A DNA stretch of 64,000 bases from Microbacteriaceae bacterium (GTDB lineage: Bacteria; Actinomycetota; Actinomycetes; Actinomycetales; Microbacteriaceae), in contig JAKVJE010000001.1 in the NCBI GenBank assembly GCA_022487185.1, positions 15,158 through 79,157 of the forward strand, given 5' to 3'. The notes under the pieces were generated by a model. The model saw only the letters and a program-made list of their open reading frames with translations, did not search any database and was not told where the DNA came from. The stretch's first letter is position 1; each line of letters opens with the position of its first letter. Below, in pieces: positions 1 through 10,431 of this stretch. A program made the translations under genes and the position numbers.

Positions 1-174
1 CGGGTGCTCCGCCTGGCGATGGAGGAGCTTGGAGGGGCGCCGCGGTCCGCCCACATCGATGCGCTCGATGCCCTGCTCGCCCCCGGGCGGGGCGGCCGGC
101 GGATCAGCCTTCCGGGCGCCGTCGCCCTCCGCGAGGGCGGCACGATGCGCCTGCTCCGGCGCTCGCATCCCTGA
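1..174 (+). CDS. tilS: tRNA(Ile)-lysidine synthase, C-terminal fragment (5' end outside the window)
   Basis: Frame-1 reading frame is open from the window edge to TGA 172-174. Its position directly upstream of hpt-ftsH matches the conserved tilS-hpt-ftsH order. Only 57 aa are visible, so the call rests mainly on synteny. Confidence 0.45.
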   Translation, partial: RVLRLAMEELGGAPRSAHIDALDALLAPGRGGRRISLPGAVALREGGTMRLLRRSHP

Positions 175-242
175 TCCCGGGCCGGAGAGGGCCGTACTGC
201 ACTACAGTCGGAGGGGCCCATCCGACGGGACACAGGAGCAGC

Positions 243-797
243 ATGGAACTCAGCGACATTCAGGATGACCTCAAGGAAGTTCTGTACACCCCAGAACAGA
301 TTTCTGACTGCATTGCGGGGCTCTGCCGTCGGATTGAGGCGGACTACCGGGGGAAGGACGTGCTGCTGGTGGGCGTCCTCAAGGGCGCGGTCATGGTCAT
401 GGCAGACCTGTCACGGGAGCTGCGCATCCCGGTCACGATGGATTGGATGGCGGTGTCCTCATACGGGTCGGGCACGGAGTCGTCTGGAGTGGTGCGCATC
501 TTGAAGGATCTGGATGCGGACCTCCACGGTCGGCATGTCCTGATCGTCGAAGACATCATCGATTCGGGGCTGACCCTGTCCTGGCTGGTGAAGAATCTGC
601 GCTCGCGGGGGCCGGAGTCCCTCGAGATCTGCGCGCTGCTGCGCAAGCCCGAATCCATCGGGGCGCATGGACTGGATGTGCGCTATGTGGGGTTCGATAT
701 CCCCTCTGACTTTGTGGTCGGATACGGGCTCGACTACGACGAGCGGTACCGGAACGTGCGGGGGATCGGCGTCCTCCGCCCCGAGGTGTACGCCTGA
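243..797 (+). CDS. hpt: hypoxanthine phosphoribosyltransferase
   Basis: 184-aa ORF with PRPP-binding motif [19 protein letters not shown] Shine-Dalgarno (SD) sequence upstream. hpt-ftsH synteny. Confidence 0.95.
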   Translation: MELSDIQDDLKEVLYTPEQISDCIAGLCRRIEADYRGKDVLLVGVLKGAVMVMADLSRELRIPVTMDWMAVSSYGSGTESSGVVRILKDLDADLHGRHVLIVEDIIDSGLTLSWLVKNLRSRGPESLEICALLRKPESIGAHGLDVRYVGFDIPSDFVVGYGLDYDERYRNVRGIGVLRPEVYA

Positions 798-904
798 GTC
801 CGTTCGCTGTCTGCAAACATGGGGGCCGCTCCCAGACGGCGTCCGTTAGTCTGGCAGCATTATTCCGCGGGAAAGGAAGCCAGGGGCCTCGTGCCTCGAA
901 CGCT

Positions 905-2884
905 ATGGATGCCAAACGCCTCATGAAGGGCCCAGCCCTGTGGATCGCCCTTGCCGTACTCATCGTCATCGTGGCGATGGGAATGTTCTCGAACGTCAAC
1001 GGATATCAGCGCATTTCGACCCAGGCCGGGATGTCACTCATCGCGAAGGGTGGGGACTCGGTCAAGAGCGCCACCATTCACGGTTCCGAGCAGCGGGTCG
1101 ATCTCAAGCTCACCGAGAACTACAAGAACAGCGGCAAGCTCGTACAGTTCTACTACACGTCCCCCCGCGGCCCGAGCGTGATCGAGGCCGTCACCAAGGC
1201 GAAACCGAAGATCTCCTACAACGATGAGATCACGCAGCAGAACGTCTTCCTCAACTTCCTGTTCACCTTCCTCCCGTTCCTCCTGATCGGGGTGTTCTTC
1301 TGGTGGATGATGACCCGCATGCAGGGCGGCAGTGGCGGTGTCATGAACTTCGGCAAGTCCCGCGCCAAGATGGTGAGCAAGGACAAGCCGCAGGTCACCT
1401 TCAAGGATGTTGCGGGTGTCGACGAGGCGCTCGAGGAACTCGAAGAGATCAAGGAGTTCCTTCGGGAACCGCAGAAGTTCCGAGCCGTGGGCGCCCGTAT
1501 TCCGAAGGGCGTGTTGCTCTACGGCCCCCCGGGGACGGGGAAAACCCTGCTCGCCCGCGCAGTCGCAGGCGAGGCCGGCGTGCCCTTCTTCTCCATCTCG
1601 GGCTCCGATTTCGTCGAGATGTTCGTCGGCGTGGGCGCCTCCCGGGTGCGCGACCTGTTCGAGCAGGCGAAGGCCAACGCCCCGGCGATCATCTTCATCG
1701 ACGAGATCGATGCGGTGGGGCGTCACCGGGGCGCCGGCATCGGCGGTGGCCATGACGAGCGGGAGCAGACCCTGAACCAGCTCCTGGTCGAGATGGATGG
1801 GTTCGACCCGAACACCAGCGTCATCCTGATCGCAGCCACCAACCGTCCGGATGTGCTCGACCCGGCCCTGCTGCGTCCGGGCCGATTCGACCGTCAGGTT
1901 TCGGTCGAGGCGCCGGATCTCAAGGGCCGCCTGGCGATCCTCAAGGTGCATTCGCAGAACAAGCCGCTCACCAACGATGTCGACCTGGAGCTCGTGGCCC
2001 GGCGTACCCCGGGCTTCACCGGGGCTGATCTGGCGAACGTCCTCAACGAGGCCGCGCTCCTGACGGCGCGTTCGAACGCCAAGTACATCGACAACCGGGC
2101 CCTCGATGAGGCGATCGACCGCGTCATCGCCGGCCCGCAGAAGCGCAGCAGGGTCATGAAGGCGCACGATCGGCTGGTCACCGCCTACCACGAGGGCGGC
2201 CACGCCCTGGTGGCCGCCTCCCTGCGCCACACCGATCCGGTCACCAAGATCACCATCCTCCCGCGCGGCCGCGCCCTCGGGTACACGATGGTGCTGCCCG
2301 TCGACGACCAGTACTCGGTGACCAGGAACCAGCTCCTCGACCAGCTCGCCTATGCGATGGGCGGGCGGGTCGCGGAGGAGGTCATCTTCCACGACCCCAG
2401 CACCGGGGCATCCAACGACATCGAAAAGGCCAGCCAGACCGCCAAGAAGATGATCACCAAATACGGGATGAGCTCGACGATCGGCACGGTGACGCTCAAC
2501 GATTCCAGCGGTGACGAGTTCTTCGGCCAGTCGATGGCCGGGGCCCGGGAGTACTCCGAGTCGGTCGCAGAGCGCGTGGATACGGAGGTCCGGTCCCTGC
2601 TGGAGCAGGCCAATGACGAAGCCTACCGGGCGATCTCGGAGAACCGGGATGTGCTCGACCGGCTCGCCGGAGCCCTCCTCGAGAAGGAGACCCTGAACGA
2701 GAAGGACATCGCGGCGATCTTCGCCGATGTGACGAAGCTCCCGGAGCGCCCGCAGTGGCTGTCCGATCCGAATCGTCCGGTGTCCGACCGTCCGCCGATC
2801 GCCGTTCCCCCGGCCGCGGAGGTGGCCGAGGCCGCCGAGGACGGCTCCGCCCCGACGCAGGGGCCGGCCCCGGAGAACGGCTGA
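905..2884 (+). CDS. ftsH: ATP-dependent zinc metalloprotease FtsH
   Basis: 659 aa. N-terminal TM segments, Walker [15 protein letters not shown] second region of homology (SRH), HEGGH zinc motif and an acidic/Pro-rich tail. Confidence 0.97.
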   Translation: MDAKRLMKGPALWIALAVLIVIVAMGMFSNVNGYQRISTQAGMSLIAKGGDSVKSATIHGSEQRVDLKLTENYKNSGKLVQFYYTSPRGPSVIEAVTKAKPKISYNDEITQQNVFLNFLFTFLPFLLIGVFFWWMMTRMQGGSGGVMNFGKSRAKMVSKDKPQVTFKDVAGVDEALEELEEIKEFLREPQKFRAVGARIPKGVLLYGPPGTGKTLLARAVAGEAGVPFFSISGSDFVEMFVGVGASRVRDLFEQAKANAPAIIFIDEIDAVGRHRGAGIGGGHDEREQTLNQLLVEMDGFDPNTSVILIAATNRPDVLDPALLRPGRFDRQVSVEAPDLKGRLAILKVHSQNKPLTNDVDLELVARRTPGFTGADLANVLNEAALLTARSNAKYIDNRALDEAIDRVIAGPQKRSRVMKAHDRLVTAYHEGGHALVAASLRHTDPVTKITILPRGRALGYTMVLPVDDQYSVTRNQLLDQLAYAMGGRVAEEVIFHDPSTGASNDIEKASQTAKKMITKYGMSSTIGTVTLNDSSGDEFFGQSMAGAREYSESVAERVDTEVRSLLEQANDEAYRAISENRDVLDRLAGALLEKETLNEKDIAAIFADVTKLPERPQWLSDPNRPVSDRPPIAVPPAAEVAEAAEDGSAPTQGPAPENG

Positions 2885-2886
2885 AC

Positions 2887-3474
2887 GTGACCCGACCGGA
2901 CGCCGAGGACGGGGTTCGGGCCCTCCTCCTCGACCTGGGGCTCCCCGATCTGGCTGCGGGGGACACCCCCAGGCTGGCGGTGGAGTCCTTCCGGGAGCTG
3001 TTCTCCGGAGTGGGCCAGGATCCTCTGACCCCGCTCCGCTCGGTGCAGCCGGCCCCGGGCCACGACCTGGTCGCGATCCGGGACATCCGGATTCGGTCGG
3101 TCTGCGCGCACCATCTGCTTCCGTTCTCCGGGACGGCCACCGTCGCCTATCGCCCGGGCGCGGCCATTGCCGGGCTGGGTGCCATCCCGCGGATGATCCG
3201 TATTCTGGCGGCCCGGCCGCAGCTGCAGGAGGGGCTGACCCGCCAGATCGCCGACACCCTGCAGGCCGGGCTCCATCCGCTCGGCGCCGTCGTACTGCTC
3301 ACCACCCGGCAGGGGTGCCTGAGCGATCGGGGAGCCCTCGAGGCGGATGCCCGGGTCTCGACCTTCGCAGCGACCGGCGATCTGTGCGATTTCTCGGCCG
3401 CCGACCTCCGGGCGCTGGTCGGGGAACCCGGAGTTCCCGGTGAATGCGTGAGGGGAGCCGGTCCATGCTGGTGA
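2887..3474 (+). CDS. folE: GTP cyclohydrolase I
   Basis: GTG at 2887 lies 2 nt after the ftsH stop. CAHHLLPF motif present. The upstream part of ORF 2755-3474 overlaps ftsH and was discarded. Confidence 0.88.
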   Translation: MTRPDAEDGVRALLLDLGLPDLAAGDTPRLAVESFRELFSGVGQDPLTPLRSVQPAPGHDLVAIRDIRIRSVCAHHLLPFSGTATVAYRPGAAIAGLGAIPRMIRILAARPQLQEGLTRQIADTLQAGLHPLGAVVLLTTRQGCLSDRGALEADARVSTFAATGDLCDFSAADLRALVGEPGVPGECVRGAGPCW

Positions 3475-4280
3475 TGGGCATTGTGAATGTGACCCCCGAT
3501 TCGTTCAGCGACGGCGGCAGATGGGCGACGCCGGACGCCGCGATTGCGCACGGCAGGGCCCTCCTCCGGGAGGGGGCCGATGTGCTGGATGTGGGGGGAG
3601 AATCCACCCGTCCCGGCGCCACCCCGGTCTCGGTCGAGGAGGAGCAGCGCCGGGTTCTGCCGGTGCTGCAGGGCCTCTCTGGGGAACACATCCCGATGAG
3701 CGTCGACACCATGCACGCCGAAACCGCCCGGGCCGCCGTCGCGGCCGGAGCCCGGTACATCAACGACGTCTCCGGTGGACTCCTCGATGCGGGGATGGCG
3801 GACGCGGTGGCCGAGACCGGGGCCTGTGTCATCCTCTCGCACTGGCGGGGCAGGCTCGGGGGGAAGGGGACGGGCCGGACCGAGTATGCAGATGTGACCA
3901 ACGAGGTGGCGCAGCATCTGGCAGCCCGGGCCGACGCCTTTCTCCGGGCCGGGGTTTCCGGGGATCGAATCGTCCTCGATCCGGGGCTGGGATTCAGCAA
4001 GACGTCTGCTCAGAGCTGGCAGCTCCTCCACGAGGTGGCGACCCTCCAGGGGCTGGGATATCCGCTCCTCATCGGGGCCAGCCGGAAGCGGTTCCTCTCC
4101 GAGGCCATCCCGGAGGACGTCTCTGACCAGCAGGCGGCCAGGGATGCGGCAACGGCGGCCATCAGCGTGGCCATGGCCCGGCGGGGGGTCTGGGGCGTGC
4201 GCGTCCACGACGTCGCTGGCACCGTCGCCGCGGTGCGGGCGACCGAGCAGGTTGAGGGGGTGGCCGGCGATGGGCACTGA
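3465..4280 (+). CDS. folP: dihydropteroate synthase
   Basis: MGIVNVTPDSFSDGG pterin-binding signature. ATG 3465 is preceded by GAGGGGAG. An alternative in-frame ATG lies at 3444. Confidence 0.9.
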   Translation: MLVMGIVNVTPDSFSDGGRWATPDAAIAHGRALLREGADVLDVGGESTRPGATPVSVEEEQRRVLPVLQGLSGEHIPMSVDTMHAETARAAVAAGARYINDVSGGLLDAGMADAVAETGACVILSHWRGRLGGKGTGRTEYADVTNEVAQHLAARADAFLRAGVSGDRIVLDPGLGFSKTSAQSWQLLHEVATLQGLGYPLLIGASRKRFLSEAIPEDVSDQQAARDAATAAISVAMARRGVWGVRVHDVAGTVAAVRATEQVEGVAGDGH

Positions 4281-4641
4281 CCAGATTCTGCTGCGGGGTA
4301 TCCGGGCGCGAGGAGTGCACGGCGTCTACGACTTTGAACGCAGGGACGGCCAGGAGTTCGTCGCGGATGTGACGATCGGACTCGACTTCTCGGGCGCCGG
4401 GGACGAGCTCTCCGGCACCCTCGACTATTCAGTGGTGGCGGAGGAGGTCTCCGCGGTGCTCTCCGGGGAACCGAGCGCCCTCATCGAGACCGTGGCGGAA
4501 CGGATCGCGGCGGCCGTGCTCGCCCATCCGCAGGCCCGGACCGTGGAGGTCACCGTCCACAAGCCGCAGGCTCCCATCCCGGTCCCCTTCGACGATGCCG
4601 CGGTGCGCATCCGCCGCTCCTCGACGGGGGAGGCCGCATGA
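4270..4641 (+). CDS. folB: dihydroneopterin aldolase
   Basis: Starts MGTDQILLRGIRARGVHGVYDFER, the typical FolB N-terminus. ATG 4270 overlaps the folP end. The upstream part of ORF 4144-4641 was discarded. Confidence 0.88.
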   Translation: MGTDQILLRGIRARGVHGVYDFERRDGQEFVADVTIGLDFSGAGDELSGTLDYSVVAEEVSAVLSGEPSALIETVAERIAAAVLAHPQARTVEVTVHKPQAPIPVPFDDAAVRIRRSSTGEAA

Positions 4642-5126
4642 GGAGCCGCGCGGTGATCGCGCTCGGGGCCAACCAGGGAGAGGCCGTCGAGACCCTCCGC
4701 CGGGTGGTCTCCGAGCTCCGCACCGACCCCCATATGGTGCTGCGCGGCAGCTCACCGGTAGTGCAGACCGTGGCCCTCACCCTGCACGGCTACGACCCAT
4801 CCGCTCCCCGGTATACGAATCAGGTCGTCGTGATCGACACAGATCTCGACGCGCCCGCCCTGCTGCGTAGCCTGCAGCGGCTCGAGGCCGCCCACGGCCG
4901 GGTGCGCCGGGAACGGTGGGGCGACCGGACGCTAGACCTCGACCTCATCGACATGACGGGGGTTCGCATGAGGACCCCCTGGCTCACCGTTCCGCATCCG
5001 CGGGCCGCGTCCCGTCCCTTCGTCCTCGGCCCCTGGCTCCGGGCCGATCCCCGTGCCCGTCTCGACGGGGTTCCCGTGTCGGCGCTGCTGGCCCGGGCGC
5101 AGGCAACCGGAGGAGCGATCGGATGA
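4638..5126 (+). CDS. folK: 2-amino-4-hydroxy-6-hydroxymethyldihydropteridine diphosphokinase
   Basis: 162 aa with AVIALGANQG and RWGDRTLDLDLI motifs. ATGA overlap with folB. Confidence 0.9.
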   Translation: MRSRAVIALGANQGEAVETLRRVVSELRTDPHMVLRGSSPVVQTVALTLHGYDPSAPRYTNQVVVIDTDLDAPALLRSLQRLEAAHGRVRRERWGDRTLDLDLIDMTGVRMRTPWLTVPHPRAASRPFVLGPWLRADPRARLDGVPVSALLARAQATGGAIG

Positions 5127-5698
5127 GGATGACCCGGCTGTCTCATCTCCTCGCCTACCTGGGCGTCGGGGCACTGGCGTCCTACGCGGGGGAGTGGATG
5201 CTCACCCACGGCGGGCACGGCCTGCTGATCCCTCCGTGGAGCCTGGCCGTAGTGCTGGTGGTGCTGAGCGTGGCGATTCTGGTTGCTGCCTGGCCGGTCT
5301 GGCGATCGGCGCAGCGCGGGGAACGAGGATCCGCCGATCCCCGTGGGCCACACGAGGGCGATGGCCCGAAGGCCGGTCGACCCGCTCGGCCCGGTCGTCT
5401 GGTCGATCCGTTCTATGCGGTGCGCGTGCTCGGCGCGGCCCGGGCGGTCTCCCGGACCGGCGCGGTGCTCCTGGGCGGGGGCTGCGGCCTGCTCGCCCTG
5501 ATCGTCCTGCCACCGATTCCGAGCCTGGGGACGGTGCTGCCGACGATCCTGGGCACTGTGGCGGCGGCCCTCCTGCTCACCCTCTGCGGCTATCTGGCCG
5601 AACGGGCGTGTCGTCTGCCCCCGTCGGCACCGGGGGAGACCCACGACGGATTGCCCGGCGGCACGGGCGCCACCTCCCTCGATCGGGATGCGCCATGA
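5123..5698 (+). CDS. DUF3180-like integral membrane protein
   Basis: ATG 5123 overlaps the folK stop. About four hydrophobic segments. Occupies the position after folK that a DUF3180 membrane protein holds in other actinobacteria. Confidence 0.7.
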   Translation: MRMTRLSHLLAYLGVGALASYAGEWMLTHGGHGLLIPPWSLAVVLVVLSVAILVAAWPVWRSAQRGERGSADPRGPHEGDGPKAGRPARPGRLVDPFYAVRVLGAARAVSRTGAVLLGGGCGLLALIVLPPIPSLGTVLPTILGTVAAALLLTLCGYLAERACRLPPSAPGETHDGLPGGTGATSLDRDAP

Positions 5699-6399
5699 TT
5701 CCGGCCGCACGGCTGGATGTGGGCATCGTCGGGGCCGGGCGGGTCGGCTCCGTGCTCGGGGCTGCGCTCGCGGGGGCCGGGCATCGGCTCATCGCGGCAT
5801 CCACCACCGACCCCGATCGGGTCCAGGCGATGCTGCCCGGCCTCCAGATCCTCGATGAGCTCTCGGTGCTGGCCGTCTCGCAGCTGGTGCTGCTGACGGT
5901 TCCGACCGCTGTCCTGCCGGAGGTGGTCGCTGGGGCCGCGGCGGCGGGGGCGTTCGTTCCAGGTCAGCTGGTGGTGCATACGGCCGCGCGATACGGCACC
6001 TCGGTGCTGGCTCCCGCCGCTGCGGCGGGCGCCATCCCCCTGGCACTGCATCCGGCTCTGGTGTTCACCGGCACCTCGGTCGATCTGCATGCCCTCACCG
6101 GGACGACCATGGCGGTGACCGCACTCCCCACGGTGCAACCGATCGGGCAGGCCCTGGCCATCGAGATGGGCGCGGAACCGGTGCTGGTGTCTGAGCAGGA
6201 CCGTCCCGCCTACGCCCAGGCGATCGAATCGGTGCGATCCCTCTCGACGAAGGTCGTTGCCGATGCTGCCGCCGAACTGCGCGGGATCGGTATGATGGAT
6301 CCGGCCCGCGTCCTGCGCGAAGTTGCATGGAGCGCCGTCACCCTCGCCCTGCGTGAGGGAACCCAGAATGGGGCCGAGGGCCCCGCACAGGAAGAATGA
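5695..6399 (+). CDS. Rossmann-fold / DUF2520-like oxidoreductase (putative ketopantoate reductase-like)
   Basis: N-terminal VGIVGAGRVG dinucleotide-binding motif. ATG 5695 overlaps the upstream stop. Lies immediately upstream of panC, as in other actinobacteria. Confidence 0.75.
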   Translation: MIPAARLDVGIVGAGRVGSVLGAALAGAGHRLIAASTTDPDRVQAMLPGLQILDELSVLAVSQLVLLTVPTAVLPEVVAGAAAAGAFVPGQLVVHTAARYGTSVLAPAAAAGAIPLALHPALVFTGTSVDLHALTGTTMAVTALPTVQPIGQALAIEMGAEPVLVSEQDRPAYAQAIESVRSLSTKVVADAAAELRGIGMMDPARVLREVAWSAVTLALREGTQNGAEGPAQEE

Positions 6400-7307
6400 T
6401 GTCCCACTCACTAGCAGTTGCCACCGAGGCCGGTACGGCCGAGCTCCCCATCCTTGCCACCCCGGCCGCGGTCGCCGCGCATGTGGCCCACCTGCGCGAG
6501 CAGGGGCGCACCGTTGCGCTGGTCCCGACCATGGGGGCCCTGCACGCGGGACACGCCAGCCTGCTTGAGGAGGCCGGGCGGCATGCGGATGCGGTCATCG
6601 CGTCGGTCTTCGTGAACCCGCTCCAGTTCGCCCCCGGGGAGGACTACGAACGCTATCCCCGCACGCTTGCGGCCGATGCCGAGCTCCTGTCGAGGGTCGG
6701 GGCCGAGGCCGTGTTCGCTCCGAGCCCCGAGGCCATGTACCCGACCGGCCCCAACACAGTGGTGATCGAGCCCGGACCGGTGGGGCACACCTTCGAGGGC
6801 CGCATCCGGCCCATCCATTTTTCCGGGGCCCTGACTGTTGTGAACAAGCTGCTGAACATCGTGCGGCCAGATGTGGCCGTGTTCGGAGAGAAGGACGCCC
6901 AGCAGCTGTTCCTGATCCGTCAGATGGTGGCCCAGCTGAACCTGCCGGTGCGCATCATCGGCGTGCCGATTGTCCGGGAGCCGGATGGGCTGGCCCGCTC
7001 CAGCCGGAACCGGTATCTGAGCCCCGCGGAGCGCGCCAGCGCCCTCGTCCTCTTCCGGATTCTGGAGCGCGCCCGGGAGGCCAGCGCCGCGGGTGTCCCG
7101 GAGGTGCTGCAAATCGCGCAGTCGGCGATTGCCGCCGACGACGTGGCCGAACTGGATTATGCCTCCGTCGTCTCGGAGCAGACGTTCCAGCCGGTTCCGG
7201 ATGACTTCCAGGGCCAGGCCCGTCTGCTGCTCGCCGCCCGATTCGGCGGCACCCGCCTGATCGACAACGCCCTGCTTCAATTCTCCCCGCACGGAGGTGC
7301 CCGATGA
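6396..7307 (+). CDS. panC: pantoate--beta-alanine ligase
   Basis: 303 aa with PTMGALHAGH (HxGH) motif. ATGA overlap with the upstream gene. Confidence 0.93.
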   Translation: MMSHSLAVATEAGTAELPILATPAAVAAHVAHLREQGRTVALVPTMGALHAGHASLLEEAGRHADAVIASVFVNPLQFAPGEDYERYPRTLAADAELLSRVGAEAVFAPSPEAMYPTGPNTVVIEPGPVGHTFEGRIRPIHFSGALTVVNKLLNIVRPDVAVFGEKDAQQLFLIRQMVAQLNLPVRIIGVPIVREPDGLARSSRNRYLSPAERASALVLFRILERAREASAAGVPEVLQIAQSAIAADDVAELDYASVVSEQTFQPVPDDFQGQARLLLAARFGGTRLIDNALLQFSPHGGAR

Positions 7308-8800
7308 CCGAGACCGACCCAACCGCACAGCTCACCGAGGCCGAGACAAGCGAGCAGCGCGAGATTCGTCTGCACAAGCGGGACCAACTCCAGCAGGGAC
7401 AGGGCGCGTACCCGGTCGCGGTGCCGGTGGATGCCCGCATCGCCGATCTGCGCAGCCGGTACGCCGACCTCGAGCCCGGGGCCTCCACGGGGGTGCAGGT
7501 GGGGATCTCCGGCCGTGTCGTGCATCAGCGCAACACGGGGCGCCTCTGCTTCGTGGTGCTGCAGGCGGGAGACGGCTCCCGCATCCAGGGGATGCTCTCT
7601 CAGGGGGCCGTCGGGGCGGAGTCCCTGGCCTCGTACAAGGAACTGGTCGATCTGGGTGACATCCTGTTTCTCCACGGAGAGGTGATCTCCTCGAAGCGCG
7701 GAGAGCTCTCGGTGTTCGCCGATCGCTGGCAGATCGCCTCGAAGGCGATCCGTCCCCTCCCGAACCTGCACACGGAGCTGTCGGAGGAGGTCCGAATCCG
7801 GCAGCGCTACCTCGATCTGATCACCCGTCCGGCCGCACGACAGATCGTGATCGATCGGGCACGCACCAACCAGTCGCTGCGCGAGACGTTCGCCTCTCAC
7901 GATTTCGTCGAGGTCGAGACCCCGATGCTGCAGAAGGTGCACGGCGGTGCCGCCGCCCGCCCCTTCACGACGCACATGAATGCGTTCGACATGGATCTCT
8001 ACCTGCGCATCGCTCCGGAACTGTTCCTGAAGCGGGCGCTGATCGGTGGGGTCGACCGGGTCTTCGAGATCAACCGGGATTTTCGGAATGAGGGTGCGGA
8101 TTCGACGCACTCCCCGGAGTTCTCGATGCTGGAGGCCTATCAGGCCTACGGGGACTACCACTCCATCGCCGACCTCACCCAGGAGCTCATCCAGAATGCG
8201 GCCCGCGCACTGTCGGGGTCGCTGCAGGTGACCTGGGCCGATGGCACCGTGTACGACTTCGACGGGCAGTGGGACCGCATCGACCTGTACGGATCCCTGG
8301 GGGAGGCCGTGGGGCGCGAGATCACCCCGGAGACCCCCGAGTCGGAGCTGCGGGAGCTGGCAGAGGCGGCGGGCCTCACCGTCGACCATGCGACCCCTGG
8401 GAAATATGTCGAGGAGCTGTGGGAGTACTACGTCAAGCCGGGGCTGACCGCCCCCACGTTCGTGATGGATTTCCCGGTGGACACGAGTCCGTTGACCAGA
8501 TCGCACCGCAGCCGCCCCGGGGTGGTCGAGAAATGGGATCTGTACGTACGCGGGTTCGAACTCGCCACCGGGTACTCGGAGCTCACCGACCCGGTCGTGC
8601 AGCGCCAGCGGTTCACCCAGCAGTCGCTCGCCGCGGCGGCCGGTGACCCGGAGGCCATGAGCCTCGATGAGGATTTCCTCACGGCGATGGAATACGGGAT
8701 GCCCCCGGCCGGCGGGATGGGGATGGGCATTGACCGTCTGCTGATGGCGCTGACCGGCCTCGGCATCCGGGAGACGGTGCTGTTCCCGCTGGTGAAATGA
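7304..8800 (+). CDS. lysS: lysine--tRNA ligase (class II)
   Basis: 498 aa. OB-fold N-domain followed by a class II core (FRNEG, GIDRL motifs). Confidence 0.96.
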   Translation: MTETDPTAQLTEAETSEQREIRLHKRDQLQQGQGAYPVAVPVDARIADLRSRYADLEPGASTGVQVGISGRVVHQRNTGRLCFVVLQAGDGSRIQGMLSQGAVGAESLASYKELVDLGDILFLHGEVISSKRGELSVFADRWQIASKAIRPLPNLHTELSEEVRIRQRYLDLITRPAARQIVIDRARTNQSLRETFASHDFVEVETPMLQKVHGGAAARPFTTHMNAFDMDLYLRIAPELFLKRALIGGVDRVFEINRDFRNEGADSTHSPEFSMLEAYQAYGDYHSIADLTQELIQNAARALSGSLQVTWADGTVYDFDGQWDRIDLYGSLGEAVGREITPETPESELRELAEAAGLTVDHATPGKYVEELWEYYVKPGLTAPTFVMDFPVDTSPLTRSHRSRPGVVEKWDLYVRGFELATGYSELTDPVVQRQRFTQQSLAAAAGDPEAMSLDEDFLTAMEYGMPPAGGMGMGIDRLLMALTGLGIRETVLFPLVK

Positions 8801-9672
8801 CGGAACCGTCCATGGCATCCTCCTCTGAGCTCGGCTCTCAGGCGAATCGCGCCGGCCTTCGACGGGTGGGCACCCGCCCGGGGCTGTTCCCGTACCTGCG
8901 CACGGTGTGGGGGGCCCGCGAATTCATCGGCACCCTGGCCCGCTACCGGGTGCTGGCCGAGAATGAGCGGCAGCGCCTGGGCATGCTCTGGATCGTGCTG
9001 AAGCCGGTGTTCGACGCCCTCATCTACGGCATCGTGTTCGGCATCGTGCTGGGGGCCAGCAAGCCGCGGTACTACGCCGCATTCCTGGTCATCGGCGTGT
9101 TCGTGTTCTCCCTGTTCCGCAACTGCATGTCGCGGGGGGCACGCTCCCTGACGACCAGCAGCGCCTTCATCCGCTCGATCCGGTTCCCCCGGATGGCGCT
9201 GCCCGCGGCGGAGACCCTGCGGGAGCTCATCAACTTTGCGCCGGTGCTCGCCATCATGCTGGTGGTGGTGCTGTTCTTCGGCGGCGGGGCGAGCTGGAAA
9301 TGGCTGTTGCTGGTTCCCGCGTTCGCCCTGTACGCGCTGTTCTGCTTCGGAGTCTCGTGCCTGTTCGCGCGCCTCAACGCGGTGAGCCGGGATGTCCAGA
9401 ACGTGGTTCCGGTCATCGCTCGGGTCTTCCTGTGGGGGTCTGGGGTGTTCTTCAGCGTCGAGAAGGTCATCGAGCGCTCCTCGCTCGGGATGGCCATCTT
9501 CAACTGGACCCCGCTGGCCCCTTTCCTGGGGCTGTTCCGGGGCATTCTCATCGCCGGATACGCACCCACCGCCCAGCAGTGGGCGGCGTGTGTCCTGTGG
9601 ACGGTGCTCCTCTGCGTGGGCGGCGTGATCTTCTTCTGGGAAGCGGAGGAACGCTATGGCCAGTACGTCTAA
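8797..9672 (+). CDS. ABC-2 type polysaccharide/teichoic-acid exporter permease (Wzm/TagG-like)
   Basis: 291 aa with six predicted TM segments. Paired with a TagH/Wzt-like ATPase. ATGA overlap with lysS. Confidence 0.85.
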   Translation: MTEPSMASSSELGSQANRAGLRRVGTRPGLFPYLRTVWGAREFIGTLARYRVLAENERQRLGMLWIVLKPVFDALIYGIVFGIVLGASKPRYYAAFLVIGVFVFSLFRNCMSRGARSLTTSSAFIRSIRFPRMALPAAETLRELINFAPVLAIMLVVVLFFGGGASWKWLLLVPAFALYALFCFGVSCLFARLNAVSRDVQNVVPVIARVFLWGSGVFFSVEKVIERSSLGMAIFNWTPLAPFLGLFRGILIAGYAPTAQQWAACVLWTVLLCVGGVIFFWEAEERYGQYV

Positions 9673-10417
9673 GACGGGCAGCCCGACGGGCGGCCGCCCC
9701 GCGGTCATCGTCGATGCGGCCTCCGTGACCTATCAGGTATTCGCCAGCGGAAAGAAGGCGCGGGGGGCGTCGCGCCGGGTGCGTTCGACCCATGCGGTGC
9801 ATGCGGTGCAGTCGGTCAGCTTCCGGGTGGATGCGGGAGAATCGGTCGGCCTGATCGGCTCGAACGGCTCCGGCAAGTCCAGCCTGCTGCGGGGGATCGC
9901 CGGCCTGGAGCCGCTGAGCTCGGGCGCCGTGTACGCCTCGGCGCAGCCATCGCTGCTGGGGGTGGGGGCGGCGCTCATCAACGATCTCTCGGGGGCGCGC
10001 AACATCGTGCTGGGCTGCCTCGCCCTTGGCTTCACCCGGGACGAGGTCGACGAGCGCTTCGACGACATCGTCGAGTTCTCCGGACTGGGGGAGTTCATCG
10101 ACATGCCGATGCGCACCTACTCCTCGGGGATGTCGGCGCGGTTGAAGTTCTCAATCGCCGCCACCCGCCCGAGCGACATCCTGCTCATCGATGAGGCCCT
10201 CTCGGTCGGGGACCGGGCCTTCCGGAAGCGTTCGGATCGGCGCATCCGCGAGCTGCAGGAGGCATCCGGCACGGTCTTCCTGGTGAGCCACTCGATGGAG
10301 GCGGTGCGCGGCGCCTGCGAGCGGGCGCTCTGGCTCGAGAAAGGCGTGCTCCGGGCCGATGGGCCGGTGGATGCGGTTATCGAGGAGTACGAGGCCTTCA
10401 CGAAGAAGCCCCGCTGA
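9656..10417 (+). CDS. ABC exporter ATP-binding protein (Wzt/TagH-like, short form)
   Basis: Walker A GSNGSGKSS, signature YSSGMSARL and Walker B ILLIDEA. 253 aa with no C-terminal extension. Confidence 0.9.
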   Translation: MASTSKTGSPTGGRPAVIVDAASVTYQVFASGKKARGASRRVRSTHAVHAVQSVSFRVDAGESVGLIGSNGSGKSSLLRGIAGLEPLSSGAVYASAQPSLLGVGAALINDLSGARNIVLGCLALGFTRDEVDERFDDIVEFSGLGEFIDMPMRTYSSGMSARLKFSIAATRPSDILLIDEALSVGDRAFRKRSDRRIRELQEASGTVFLVSHSMEAVRGACERALWLEKGVLRADGPVDAVIEEYEAFTKKPR

Positions 10418-10431
10418 GCGCACTCCCGGGG

